Positions 26,940-39,152 of a stretch of 64,000 bases of DNA are shown here, piece by piece. Made by a program: the position numbers and the translations under genes. How positions within the stretch are numbered: the stretch's first letter is position 1; each line of letters begins with the position of its first letter. The notes beneath the pieces are model-generated. The model was not told where the DNA came from and made no database searches. It saw only the letters and a list, made by a program, of their open reading frames with translations. Source of the stretch: Setoptus koraiensis (taxonomy: Eukaryota; Animalia; Arthropoda); contig CM106586.1 of the NCBI GenBank assembly GCA_048013815.1, forward strand, positions 21,328,001 to 21,392,000, written 5' to 3'.

Positions 26940-29470
26940 ATGACTATGACACCGAACAAAATATTATCAGCGCCTTTTTATAAGTTAAATCGCGTGCCAC
27001 ATACAGTTCAAGATACTCAATTATTGTTATCCTCATCAATAGTAATTAAGGCTTGCTGTTGGCTTAATTTATTGATGCTATGCAATATTTTAATTATTCC
27101 TTCAAGTGTCCATACGTTCAATGCCATGAAGATTGCCACAGGAGCTAGCGGCAGTAGCGGCACCGGCAGTAACGGTGGTGGTGGTGGTGGTAGCTCGACA
27201 ATAAATCATCAACAAAATTTAGTTGGCGGCAATAGTGGTGGCTCTAGCGTTGGTAACAGTGCTAGTGGTAACAACAATATCAACAACAAGAATAGTTCAC
27301 CATTGGCCGCAGCCTGGACAAACGCAAATCTTAGCAAACAACTCGGTGTTGGGCAACAAAATAAACAAACTGGCGGAAGTAACAACAAATTGCTTCAACA
27401 ACAACAAGCAACTCCGGACGATGATGAGTATCCTAATCCAAACATCAATAATGCTGGACACAATATTACAAAGATCTTGACAGCCTTCTTTGAGCACGGC
27501 TACGACAAGCGTGTTAGGCCAAATTATTCAGGTCCACCAGCCATGGTAAACGTTAGCTTCCACATCATAGGCATAAGTTCGGTTAATGAGGTTCAAATGG
27601 ATTTTACAACCGATTTTTATTTTCGTCAAAAATGGTACGATCCTCGGTTGATGTTTGAACCAATAGGCGAAATAAAGGAACTGTGTGTTGGAGCGGAATT
27701 CGCAGAGAAGATTTGGCTACCGGATACGTTCTTTGCAAACGAAAAAACTGCAACATTTCATAGGGCCACCACGGACAATACATTTATTAGAATAGCGCAC
27801 AATGGTAGAGTTTACAGAAGTATAAGATTGACTGTAACATGCTCATGTCCAATGGATTTGCAATACTTTCCAATGGATCGTCAAAGATGCAAAATTGAAA
27901 TAGAGAGCTATGGTTACAACACCAGAGATATTGATTATCGTTGGGAGAAAGGAAACGAATCGGTCAGTTTAGACACTAAAATTGAGTTGCCACAATTCAA
28001 GATATTAGGACACAGAATGGGACACGAGCTACAAAATTTGAGCTCTGGCGATTATATTAGATTATATTGTGAAATACATTTTGTACGTTCAATGGGTTAT
28101 TATTTGATACAAATATATATACCAGCCAGTTTGATAGTGATCATAAGTTGGGTGTCGTTTTGGTTGCATCGTAACGCCACACCAGCTAGAGTGGCTTTAG
28201 GTGTTACCACTGTGCTTACTATGACAACCCTCATGTCTAGCACCAATGCCGCCCTGCCTAAAATATCCTATGTAAAGTCAATTGATGTGTTCTTGGGAAC
28301 ATGTTTCGTCATGGTGTTTGCCTCATTGTTGGAGTACGCCTCGGTTGGTTACGTAGGTAAAAGGATTAGCATGAAAAGCAAGCGACAGCAAGACCTCCAA
28401 CGTCTTCATCAGCATCACCAGAAGGTGTGCGTGGCTGCCGCGGCAACGGCGGCCGCCGCTCAAGCAACTCAAACCCTCAATGCAAATTATGCCAATCAAC
28501 AAACTCCAAAACTAGGTTTTCTAGGTAGAGTTGGTAATAATATAAATAGCAATGCAAATTACATCTTCTCTAGCAACAAACAATCAGGAGGACTAGTAAA
28601 CAATAATAACAATAATACCAGCACCAACAATCAGCAACAGCAACCAATCAACTATTCGACTGCACAACCACCAGTACAACAACAAAGTATGTATTATAGA
28701 AATCCGCAACAGCAACCACAACAACTCCAACATCAGCACCAACCTCCGACCCAAACTCAGACACTTCAGCGAAGATTCACAACAACATCGGCACACCATA
28801 ATGGATCACAGTATGCGACATCGTCTCAACCAGTTAGCGTGAGGCGCCTCATGCCAGACTCTGAGCCCATATACGGACAACGGTCATCCATAAAGGTACG
28901 TTGCTCGATAACGGTTCGCTACACCGCTTGCATTAGTCACTTTGCTTCGATCCTAGTTATAACCAACAATGTCTAACCATTTCTTACATCACTTTTCCGT
29001 ATCTTGAGCAGATTATGATAGACCAAAGACAGGCTCAGGCGCCCATTTATAAGCAGTCCCTTACGCAACAGTCTCGACCCACGGATTCGGACTCATCAAT
29101 GCCCGCTGGTCACGATAGTTCAAGCACTACATCTCAGCAACAACAGCAACCACAAAGTGGTAACAATATCAATGGTAAAGCAATCATTCCTAGTCAACAA
29201 TCATCGACGGCTGCTGCAATAGTGGCTGCCGCCAATGCAGTTGCAAATCCGGCCTCGGCCCCAACTACCGAATTTGAGGTAACCACAGGTACAAAGGATA
29301 TGATCAAAATATGTGGTTGCACTCCAAGTAGCATTGACAAATACTCTCGAGTATTATTTCCAATATGTTTTGTCTGTTTCAATCTCATGTACTGGATTAT
29401 TTACGGTCATATAAGCGGACAAGTTGATGATGACAAAGGGCCACCATTGATAGAATTTATCAAGTCTTAA
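26940..29470 (+). CDS. Rdl: GABA-gated chloride channel subunit, RDL type; exons 26940-28895 and 29012-29470
   Basis: Cys-loop [15 protein letters not shown]; TM1 [23 protein letters not shown]; TM2 [20 protein letters not shown]; TM3 [20 protein letters not shown]; TM4 [21 protein letters not shown]. One intron, 28896-29011 (GTACGT...GCAG), is phase 0. The exact start Met is uncertain. Confidence 0.95.
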
Positions 29471-29761
29471 CTTGCACTTGTTTATATTGTAATAATAGTT
29501 TAGCACCGCTTTAGACAACACACAAAGAAACACTGACTTTAAGCAAAAAGTGATAATAGAAGAATTGAAGCGATGAAAACAAACTCAGCAGAATACTCAT
29601 AAATATCTATTTATTACTCACAAAGTCTATAAACAACTAGAATTTTAGGCCAAATAAAACTTAATTAGAACACAGCTTTCAAGTCAGATATTCGTTGTTT
29701 AGTCACCCCTCGAATGACAGCTGGTATGTTGGTTGATCATACCGGGCTATTAGGCTGTCGG

Positions 29762-30290
29762 TCATTTGGGTTCAGATTGCGATTTTTCTTTCTTTTTTTG
29801 CCTTATATCCTCCAGGGCGGCCTTCACGGCATCTTCGGCAAGCATCGAACAATGCAATTTGACTGGTGGTAAACTCAACTCCTTTGCTATATGTGTGTTT
29901 CTGATCATGGACGCCTCCTCCATGGTCTTGCCTTTAACCCATTCGGTGGCCAGCGAGCTGGACGCTATAGCAGCGCCGCAGCCAAATGTCTTGAATTTTG
30001 CATCGATGATGTTGCCATTGTCATCCACCTTGATCTGTAATTTCATTACGTCTCCGCATGCTGGAGCGCCAACGAGGCCAGTGCCTACATTCTTTTCTTT
30101 TTTGTCGAAGGTTCCAGAATTTCGCGGATTCTCATAATGATCAAGCACTTTAGCGTGATAATGTCTCACAAATGATACAGCGCGAGGCAATCGACTGCGG
30201 CCAGACAAATAATTAGAAATATAGTTATAGATTAGTAAGAGTTGAGTAGCAATAATAATTAGCAGCGGTTGGTCTCTATACTTACATCAT
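29762..30290 (-). CDS. IscU: Mitochondrial Fe-S cluster scaffold IscU; exons 30290-30286 and 30194-29762, 145 aa
   Basis: YHAKVLDHYENPRNSG, GLVGAPACGDVMKLQI, FKTFGCG, LSLPPVKLHCSMLAEDA. ATGAT|gtaagt...ccgcag|TCGA gives MIRLPRAV..., a presequence-like start. Confidence 0.95.
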
Positions 30291-30299
30291 GTTTATGGA

Positions 30300-30972
30300 T
30301 AATTTATTGTCTGTCAATAGGTGATTCAATTGGTGAATTTTTGATTCTGGATGATTAAAATGTGTAAACAATTCCGTCTGGTGCAATGTCAATGCCGTCT
30401 TGTTTACTGCATTTGTCTAGTGATTTCTGTGCGAGCTTTTCAGTGCACTGTAGAGACCTGCTTGTGCGCGCGGTCCTTCTCAATGTGCGTATATTCATTC
30501 GGGACACACGGGCGGAACTGCGCGCTGCAGCGGGAGCACTCTCACGAGCTGTCAGACTGAGGGGCAATCTGCTGTGGGCGGTCTATGCGCTGACCGCACG
30601 ACCGCCCGGGTGCGGCCTACGGGCCGGACGCTCTAGCGCGACAAGTAGGGGCGCAAAATAACATGGGACGGTGAAACGGATACACGGGCGCGATGCAAAA
30701 ATGCACACATTTTTGTTGTTTGCTAAAACGAGTGAAAACAACGGCTGACACATCGGGCTATCCGCAGCGCGACTCACCTCTTCGGGCTTGACGCACCGAC
30801 ACACCCCCGATAACCCGTGGAAGGGCCATAGCGCAAGCTGGGAACATGGGAGCCCTCTGTGCGCATGTTCCAACTAACTAACCAACACTGAATCAAGATT
30901 CGCGACGTTGTGATTCAGCCGTGAATATTTGAACAAAGTTTCTCAAATCTTCACTATGATACGATCGTCTCG
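30300..30972. promoter_or_regulatory. Probable bidirectional promoter between IscU (-) and the CARP gene (+)
   Basis: Divergent gene orientation; GC-rich block at 30480-30870; a CG|GTGAGT donor at 30972/30973 suggests a non-coding first exon. Confidence 0.4.
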
Positions 30973-31326
30973 GTGAGTTATCTAGTCGAATCGGTCCCCC
31001 GAGCGAGCTCGCCAAAGAACTTTTGCAACGACACCTGTTATATCATTCACTGTTAGATGGTGATCGTTTGAGCACCGACCAGCAACATTGTCTAGCGAAG
31101 AAGCAAGATAAGAGTTCGTGTTCAAAGTTTTATTTAGTTCACCTAGATTCTCGACAAGATGATTGTGCCAATGTTGCTAGAGTGATCCTAAGTCAAGCGG
31201 TCCGGACGTCATGCAAGTGCCAACAGAAGACAGATATTGCGACAATTGATGACATTCCCATCGGCCTCAAGAGAAGCGTAAACAAAGTTTGCCGAAAAAC
31301 AAAGGTCAAACATCAGCAAAATAATC

Positions 31327-34300
31327 ATGCAAATATCACAGGCATGGCCCATTGTAATGATATTCATCTCAAGTGAGTAACTCCCACCACTGAACTTCTT
31401 GAACTTTTTATCCTCACGCACCTGCATGAGTGTAACATTTGTCTCAGCCGTCGACTGAATAACAAATAACAGTAGCTGTCAGATATCCGCACGGATATAG
31501 TCAATCAAATCGCATCAGTTAGTTGTTTGCATTCAATATGTCGTCAAATTGGTTGTTAGTCAACGGTCATTTTTGTCGCAGACCATTCTACGCTACTCCC
31601 GATCCGACAAACATCACAACAACAGCAACAACGCCGGTGATTATATTCGCATGACGAACATCATTGAGACTATCGTTCCTTTTTGCCGCCAGTGATTAAA
31701 TGAATGAAAGTGACACATAATTGACTATTGACCATCGTCGTGTTTCCCGTGAGGCAAAACAGCGGAAAAGCATTCAATATAATAGTGTATGTTAACGTCG
31801 CTAGGTGAATTACGGGCGCTATTCGGGCTAAATCAATTTATCAGAGAAATTATTAGAAAAGTTGCTTGGGTTCGTGGGTTGATGCGATCTTGTACTGATT
31901 AGACTGCAAGTAACTGATGCGAAAGTCACGTACTCGATGAAAACGCGTTCGCCAGACACATCATTTGGCTTTTGAATAAATCTGGGGGCCTTTTATTGCC
32001 AAGACGGATCAACGTTATCACCATCCATCACTATTTATCACCATGTATCAGGATATAGTGATCTCGCTTTGTATCTTTTTGTGTGTCTTCTATTTTTTAT
32101 GGACAGGCAACGTGATATAACTCTCGGATGATGGTCGCCATCTTAGTGAGACGATCATATGAGCGACGATGGTGATCTAGTGTTGGTAATCAGGCACGCA
32201 ATTTTTATCAACTTTTACTAATGTTTAATCTCTCGCTGATACAAACCAAACCAAACCAAACACACCAACACACACTATATAAATGAAATACATATGATAT
32301 GAGAAAATGTTAAAATGGTGCAAAGCGGAGTGCGAGGCCGAGTCAGGGGGCCAGCAACCAGCAAACATAACCGAGCTGCATGTCGGGCCCGATGATCACC
32401 AAGAGAGAAATCTCATCAATCACAAGCGAGTCAAGCGACTCGCCGATACGCCGTTATAAACGGACGCTGGCTATAAACTGGCGCCGCTTGTTTATACGTT
32501 TCTATTACTGGCCCCTGTGTGAATCTGTGCAAGTCGTTGGCCGGCCGAGGATAAACGACCAACTCAAATTAATCGCGCTTTATCATCACTTTGTTGCTTG
32601 GATGACCACATCAACTTTGATCCACCCCAAGGAGACCTCAATCCAATTTGATAGGCCACGAGACGTAAAGTAGCTGCACTGATGAAATTACTGGGCGGCC
32701 AATGATGACTATTGTCCTGCTCACACATATCCGCTCTATTTCCACCGCTCACTGAGTATGATCTGGCTGTATATATAACTGTATGGCTATATATATATCG
32801 TTGTGTGTGTGGCATAGCTTGTACATGTAGCAAGAAGAAAACCAATTACATGCTTGAGTATCATGTGACCCATAGGAGCGCAGAAAAGAAGAGAAGAAGC
32901 CAAGAAGTTGCGGGCAAATGATGTTGTATGCCAGCGACACAACATTATTACTTTCGAGATGGCTGTACGGCAACTCGAACTTTTAGCTTTTGCCAGTGGC
33001 CTCGGCAGCCCGAGCACCTCTTAAATGCTTTATATTTACTAGTTTTATCACACCATTGTGCCACTATTGTATGATAGTGGGTTTCGGGGTCGAGCTGTGT
33101 GTAAAAGTTAATCAGCTCTTGGTGCTGTTGTGCAACAGCGAGCGCAAGAACAAAAGTTGCACCCAGATTCATGGCAGACAGTGCTTAGCTTTGTCAGTGG
33201 CCAGATATAGAAGATATAGAGAGTTTTGCAAAGAAACGTATCGCTCAGTTGTTGTTATATATAGAAAAGAATAGGTGAAGTCTCCGTGGAGGCGCCACAC
33301 CAAGCGGCCGGCTGCACTGTAAATAAGCACTCATAATTTATGTTGCGCCGTCACATTTACTTTTGCCGGCGTCCGAGACATACTGCAACTATACATCTAT
33401 ATACAGTCGCACATATCGTCTGGATATAGTCGGTTATAATTGTTGTGAGCTAACAAGCAATTCTCACCTTCATTATCACACATGGGCGTTGCGAACGGCG
33501 CTCGAAGCATACAACTGCTGCTCAAAGGTGCCATTCCGGAAGACACACCGAGATTCGTTTATGTACGCTTGATTTCGAGTCGCTTGGATCGCTGACCAGT
33601 GTCACTGGCAACTGCCTTTGTCATCTGTTGTTCGACCGCTGGCTGTCATTAGCAAGTGGCGCTCGTGTTGGCACCGAAAACGAGTTTTATTCACGAGACG
33701 AGCAATTCCCGAATTTATGCTAATGAACGAACGATTGGCAACCACCATTCGTGCGTTCAACAACGCTGGCTGGTCGGCCAAGCAATGCCAACTGTGAATT
33801 GTGGCTCGTGCCAGTTTAGAGTCATCATTCGGGCGTCTGCAAATGCTGATATAAACGTTGCTGAAAGTTGCCAACAGTTTTCTTGCATTCGCTTTTGCCA
33901 ATTGCCGTTTTCTTTTGCCGTTTGGGTTCGGCGAGCAGAGCGGCCACCGAGCGGTATGATTGATTAAACGAATTGGTGAATTATTGGCAGCAACAGCGTA
34001 CAGCCAGAGCCTTCTGAGAGCCGTTGATGGGCGTCGAAACTCGCCAAGACGCCGAGCGAAGTGTGATAAGAAAGAATGCCGACAAGAAATGGCAGAGCAA
34101 GAATTGATTGTTGTAAAAGGCAAAAAACACCGAGCAACAAAATGGGGCAACGGTTGCATGCCGCTCATTTAAATGGCCAGATGGCCATATTGACCATATC
34201 AACCATATAGGAATAGGAATTAGTATTACGTATAGGGGCACGCAACATTCTAATCTGACCAATGTGCCTCTCAAACAAACTTGTCATGTTTAGGTTTGCA

Positions 34301-37300
34301 AAATGGAATTGTTTCCAGCAGCGAAAACAACAATCTCGGATTTGGTGATAACTGGGACTTTTGGTGGAGCCATTCGGGTTAGTAGTGTCGTGTTGTGTGA
34401 TGTATACACTTATGTATATATATATATATACACATTGGCACGCCATAGACTTCTATTAGTTGCATCACATATGCTGGCTAGATACGAGCTATAGCAAGAT
34501 GTTGTCTCTTGAGCAACTATTCGGGCCCATGTCGCTTGGCGCTGGCAACGATGAATTACCGCGTCGGTATATTGCCTAACAACCTAATGATTATCATTTA
34601 ATCACCCATATGTTACCCAACGACGCTCACACTACCACGACAACAACAAATGCATGTGTCTACAACCGACCGCGGTCAGGCATATCCGGTGAGTTTGCAT
34701 GCAATGCAGCTAGCGTTAACACAATCATGATATCATATCACAATATGCGTTAGCCGTGATATGTGTTAGTGTTACGCTTACATTTAATCATAACGTCTAA
34801 TCATTACGACCGTATTAATGAACTTTGTCGCTATCGCCAGGGCCAAACTACTGGGGCCTGCTCAATCCGGATTGGGCCATGTGTCACAAGGGCAGGAAAC
34901 AGTCCCCGATCGACATAGATCCGCAATCGTTGGTGTTTGACGCAAGACTGAAACCGTTGCAAATGGACAAAAAGCCAGTAAGTAATGTCTGGTCTGGTCT
35001 GTGTGATATCCATTTGTGCCCATTCCCATGATACATCCGTGATACATCCATGATACATGATGATCGTTGTTGGTATCATTGCATCTTTGTTTTAAAACAA
35101 TTAAATCGCTGATCCGACCAACCGATATGCTGTTTGTTTGTTTGTTTTTTGCTTCTTCTATCCATTTGGCGTTTTCCATTGGCCGGTGCTCAGTTGTCCG
35201 GACTAATGTACAACGATGGCCACGCAATTATATTTACTTTGGAAAGAGCATATAAAACAACAACGACAACAACAAACAACGAAAAACAAGACACCAACTC
35301 GGCGGCGGCGACGGCGGCGGCCCAATCAAGTCGAGCCACAGCCAACACTTACAACAATGCAATGAATATAGACAAACAAGCACAAGTAGCAAGTGGTGAT
35401 AAATCTATTTCGCTTGGCCAACTAGAGAGAGATCAACCGAGTGTAAATGAATACAGTTTAAGCCAAGATTTGTTATCTGTTGTGTCGTCGTCGTCATTAG
35501 AGTCGCAGCCAGTGGTGTCGCCAGCATCAACGAGAGACTACGAATCAATCGAGGACAAGTCCGATGTAGAGCACAACGGCAAACACATTGATGACAATAT
35601 TAACAACGAAAACATGCCCGATAATGATGATGTGACAACAATGGTCGAGCTTAGGGGCGCCGGCCTCCCTTACACTTACAGATTCTTCATGTTGCTGATT
35701 CGGTTTGGGTCGGAAAATCAGCGCGGATCTGAGCACCAAATATCCTCGCAATCGTTGCCTGCCGAGGTGAGTCACTGTCGGATGCCCATATTGTAATATT
35801 GTCACAACATTTATTGTGCCCTGTTCATGATTATTAACAATCTCTGTCATCATTGCCACTTATTTGATCAATTGAACTTGTCCCACAATCGCTCAACAGA
35901 TACAATTGTTGGCCTACAACCACAAACTGTACAAGAGCTACCAGGAGGCATCAACGAAACCGTCCGGCTTGTTGGCAGTGTCCGTGCTCGTGGACATTGC
36001 CAACAACACCAGCACTAGCACCAACAACTCTCTCGACAGACTGCTGGATGGGGCCAAAAGAGTCAACCACAGAGGTAAGAGTTGACTTGGAGCTATCGCG
36101 AAATTTGCCACAGTCAAGTAAACATAACGCATTTATCACAATTATGTGCAATTCGCATCAATCAATTTTTGTCCGCGTTTGTCTCACTCACACACAGGTA
36201 AACACACTCAGTTGGAACATTTCGATTTGGCCGGCCTATTGACAGATCCAGTCAACTTTGTAACATACGAGGGCTCTCTCACCTACCCCGGGTGTTACGA
36301 GAGCGTCACCTGGATCATACTCAACAAGCCTCTCTACATTAAACAGTCTCAGGTGAGTGCTGACAGCCACAAGTTATCATGGGCTCTGTCTGCTCGCCAT
36401 AGAAAGGCAGCCACGACAGAGCACCCACCGATGCTAACCAGGCTAGTTAGCCGTTGTCACAATGGCGCCCCAACACACTTCATTGTCCACCAATACAAAC
36501 CACTCTAAACCGCTATGTCAGCAAACTGGCATTGTCCATTGCAAGAGGATCCGAGTCAGGGCACACTGTGTGTGCCGCGTTACAACAGTTATATAGACAG
36601 TTTTATACATAGTTGTATAGTTAGACTGCTGATTATGATGTCAACAGTAGAATTAGATTAGACAGTCGAACAAAAATCAGGCTAGTTTGAACCTAATTCC
36701 AGTCAGTTGGGTGCCACACCTTTGCGTTGCTGCTTTTGCGTCGGTTAGCCGCTGCCGTTGTTGATCAATTATTGATTAGGTCATTAATAACTATTAGGTT
36801 ATGTCATCAGCGTCGTCGTCGCGGTCGCAATGAGGCCCTTTAAATATAAACCAGAGGGCGAACATTCTTAACGGCTCGTTACAATGATTGGAATAATGTA
36901 GATCACACACATACACAAAATGTAGATCAGGCGGCACGGGGGGGGGGGGTTCTATGCATATTTCCACTGGACCAACTTGCAGCCACTACATGTTTGCATA
37001 CAACATTGACGGCCAATTGGGGTAGTTATATAGACATTATTTATCTTGATAGTGTCGGCTGGCTGGCTGGCTGAATTGCGGGCTAGCTTTAGTTTTGCTT
37101 TCTGTCCATTGTCGCTGGCTGGCCTTTGTTTTGCATCGGCTATAAACTAGCTATTCGAAATGATAATGACGACAATGATGATGTCAGTAGGTAGAATATT
37201 GTGTCACGCGACATTGTCACTGACCCGCTGCCGCAACTTGTCTATCTCTTGATGATATTATGTAATACATACAGATGCGGTGTATACAGACTCAATAGAG

Positions 37301-38538
37301 ACAAATGCATTAGGAACAGATGAACTGAGAACGAGCGAAAGGGAGTCATGCTATATCTAATAGAACCGATTATTTGGTTGTAGAGAGCATCATTATGAGA
37401 TCTATTTCGCTCGCTCTATCTGAGTAGACAAAAGATAGACTCGACAACGAAATTCTCATGCAATGAGAGAATAACCTGAGGCAAATTTTACAATCATATT
37501 ATGAATGACCCAGCCAGTTACATTGTCAATGTGTGTCCTCGAAACTCTCTCTCTCCCTCTTTTTATTTAGAGATAACCGTCGTGAGCCAGTGATACACGC
37601 TAGAGCACGAACGTGGCTACCGTAGATCACGGTCGCATACTTGCTCCTGCTTATCCATTCTAGGGCAATCGTCCAAATTAAACTCGGGTTCCCTTCACGC
37701 TTCGGGCGTCCCGCCATGGGGCCGCTTGACGCATTCTGAAGTAAACTGAAAAAAAACGGACTCATTTATTTAGTGCAAATATCGAAACTGAATCAATTGC
37801 AGCATCCAGTCTATTTTCATCAATTTTTATCCTTTTGCCTTTTTCTTCTTTTTTGACATCCATAAATGTATGACACTAATGTCGTTTCATCATTACTATT
37901 CGTCTTCAACACTGCACTCAAACGGACAAACTGTAGCTGGATGACTTGCGCCAGAGCTCGGCCGACGAGACCTCCGAAGCTGGCGCGAGTGGTAACATGA
38001 TAGCAAATAACTTCCGTGGACCTCAGCCTCTCAATGAGAGGACCATCAGAACAAGTATCAGTGTACATCCGGTAAGTGAGCGAGTTTAATCGACGAATTC
38101 CGATTCAGATAAATGGTTGTCTCTGTCATTAGTTGGACATGCTAGTTGAGTATGGGGTTCGGAGAAATCAGAACCTCAACTGCAAAGTAGAAGTGAGCAA
38201 CTAATTTGGCTTGGTTGCCGAATCTATTAGCAGCAGCTAAGAAGTGATTTGCTATTACGACGAAATGATTTTGTTGAACCTCGTTGCAAACTCCGATGTA
38301 AACCTGGCTGTCCAACTGCAACGGCAGACAACACGGCACGTGATGAACACTTGCCTGCACGATATGGCCCGACGAAATGACGTATTAAGATAAGTCTAAA
38401 CATAAATTTAAACAACCAAATCTGATTAATTTCTATGTCTAGCAGAACTACAACACGTGTGGTGGAATGATGACGAAATACGAATACAAATACAAGGAGG
38501 AATATCGGGCCGGTGAAAACTCGACAACTCAGAAGTAG
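31327..38538 (+). CDS. Carbonic anhydrase-related protein (CA10/CA11-like, acatalytic), secreted; 8 exons, 466 aa
   Basis: Exons 31327-31372, 34294-34377, 34841-34977, 35194-35766, 35900-36074, 36198-36352, 37937-38071, 38443-38538; phases are consistent and sum to 1401 nt. Motifs NWDFWWSHSGPNYWGLLNPDW, GRKQSPIDI, GSEH, YEGSLTYPGCYESVTWIILN, NNFRGPQPLNERTIRT. Exons 1 and 8 are less certain. Confidence 0.85.
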
Positions 38539-39152
38539 ACCGACTCTGTCTGTTTCTCTCGCCCTGTTACTGGGTGATCAATCCACTGTCAAATACTTTA
38601 TATATCTTTTACAGACAACAAGTTCACTAATATAACTAAAATTTTATAACATAGCTGTATTAAAGATGCAAAGTTGAACTATGAATAGGATCTGTCAAAT
38701 TTGTCAAATGTACAGTATTTGTTATGGTTGTTGTTGTTGTTGTGTGAATTTTGCACGCAGACAAGTTATATCTTGTGTTTACAAGTGCAATAATATGTTT
38801 CTTTTTGCTAGTGTATATAAATATTATCAATTTGGTAGTTTTGAAAAAATGTGAGTTGGGTGCGTATGTGAGTTGCTGATTTCTCTCGCAGTGTGTCTCG
38901 ATGGTGTATAGTCGATAAAAATATACTATATGATTGATCTGTGTTAATGTGTGCAGTAGCAGTATAGTTAATTTGGCGTGTTCCGGAAGAGTTGCTGTGT
39001 TCCAATTAGCGTTGCTGTCAGTTAGTTATTAGTATAAAAAGCGTCGTTCAGTTAGTAGTAACAATAGTTTGGGTCTAGGTGATTCATGAAACAAAAATTC
39101 CGCTGTTGCTGTTGTTTTGTGTAAATTTGTAAGTGTGTTGTGTGAGCGTGAG

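Noticed and set aside
25646-30137. ORFs 25646-26062 (-) and 29766-30137 (+)
   Set aside because: Antisense shadows of RpL24 and IscU.
23522-30432. Partial matches to miR-8 (taatactgtca, ~23523) and miR-7 (ctagtgattt, ~30417)
   Set aside because: Only 10-11 nt match, the rest diverges, and there is no precursor hairpin.
33602-34168. 188-aa minus-strand ORF in CARP intron 1
   Set aside because: No homology or compositional support; overlaps other spurious ORFs.
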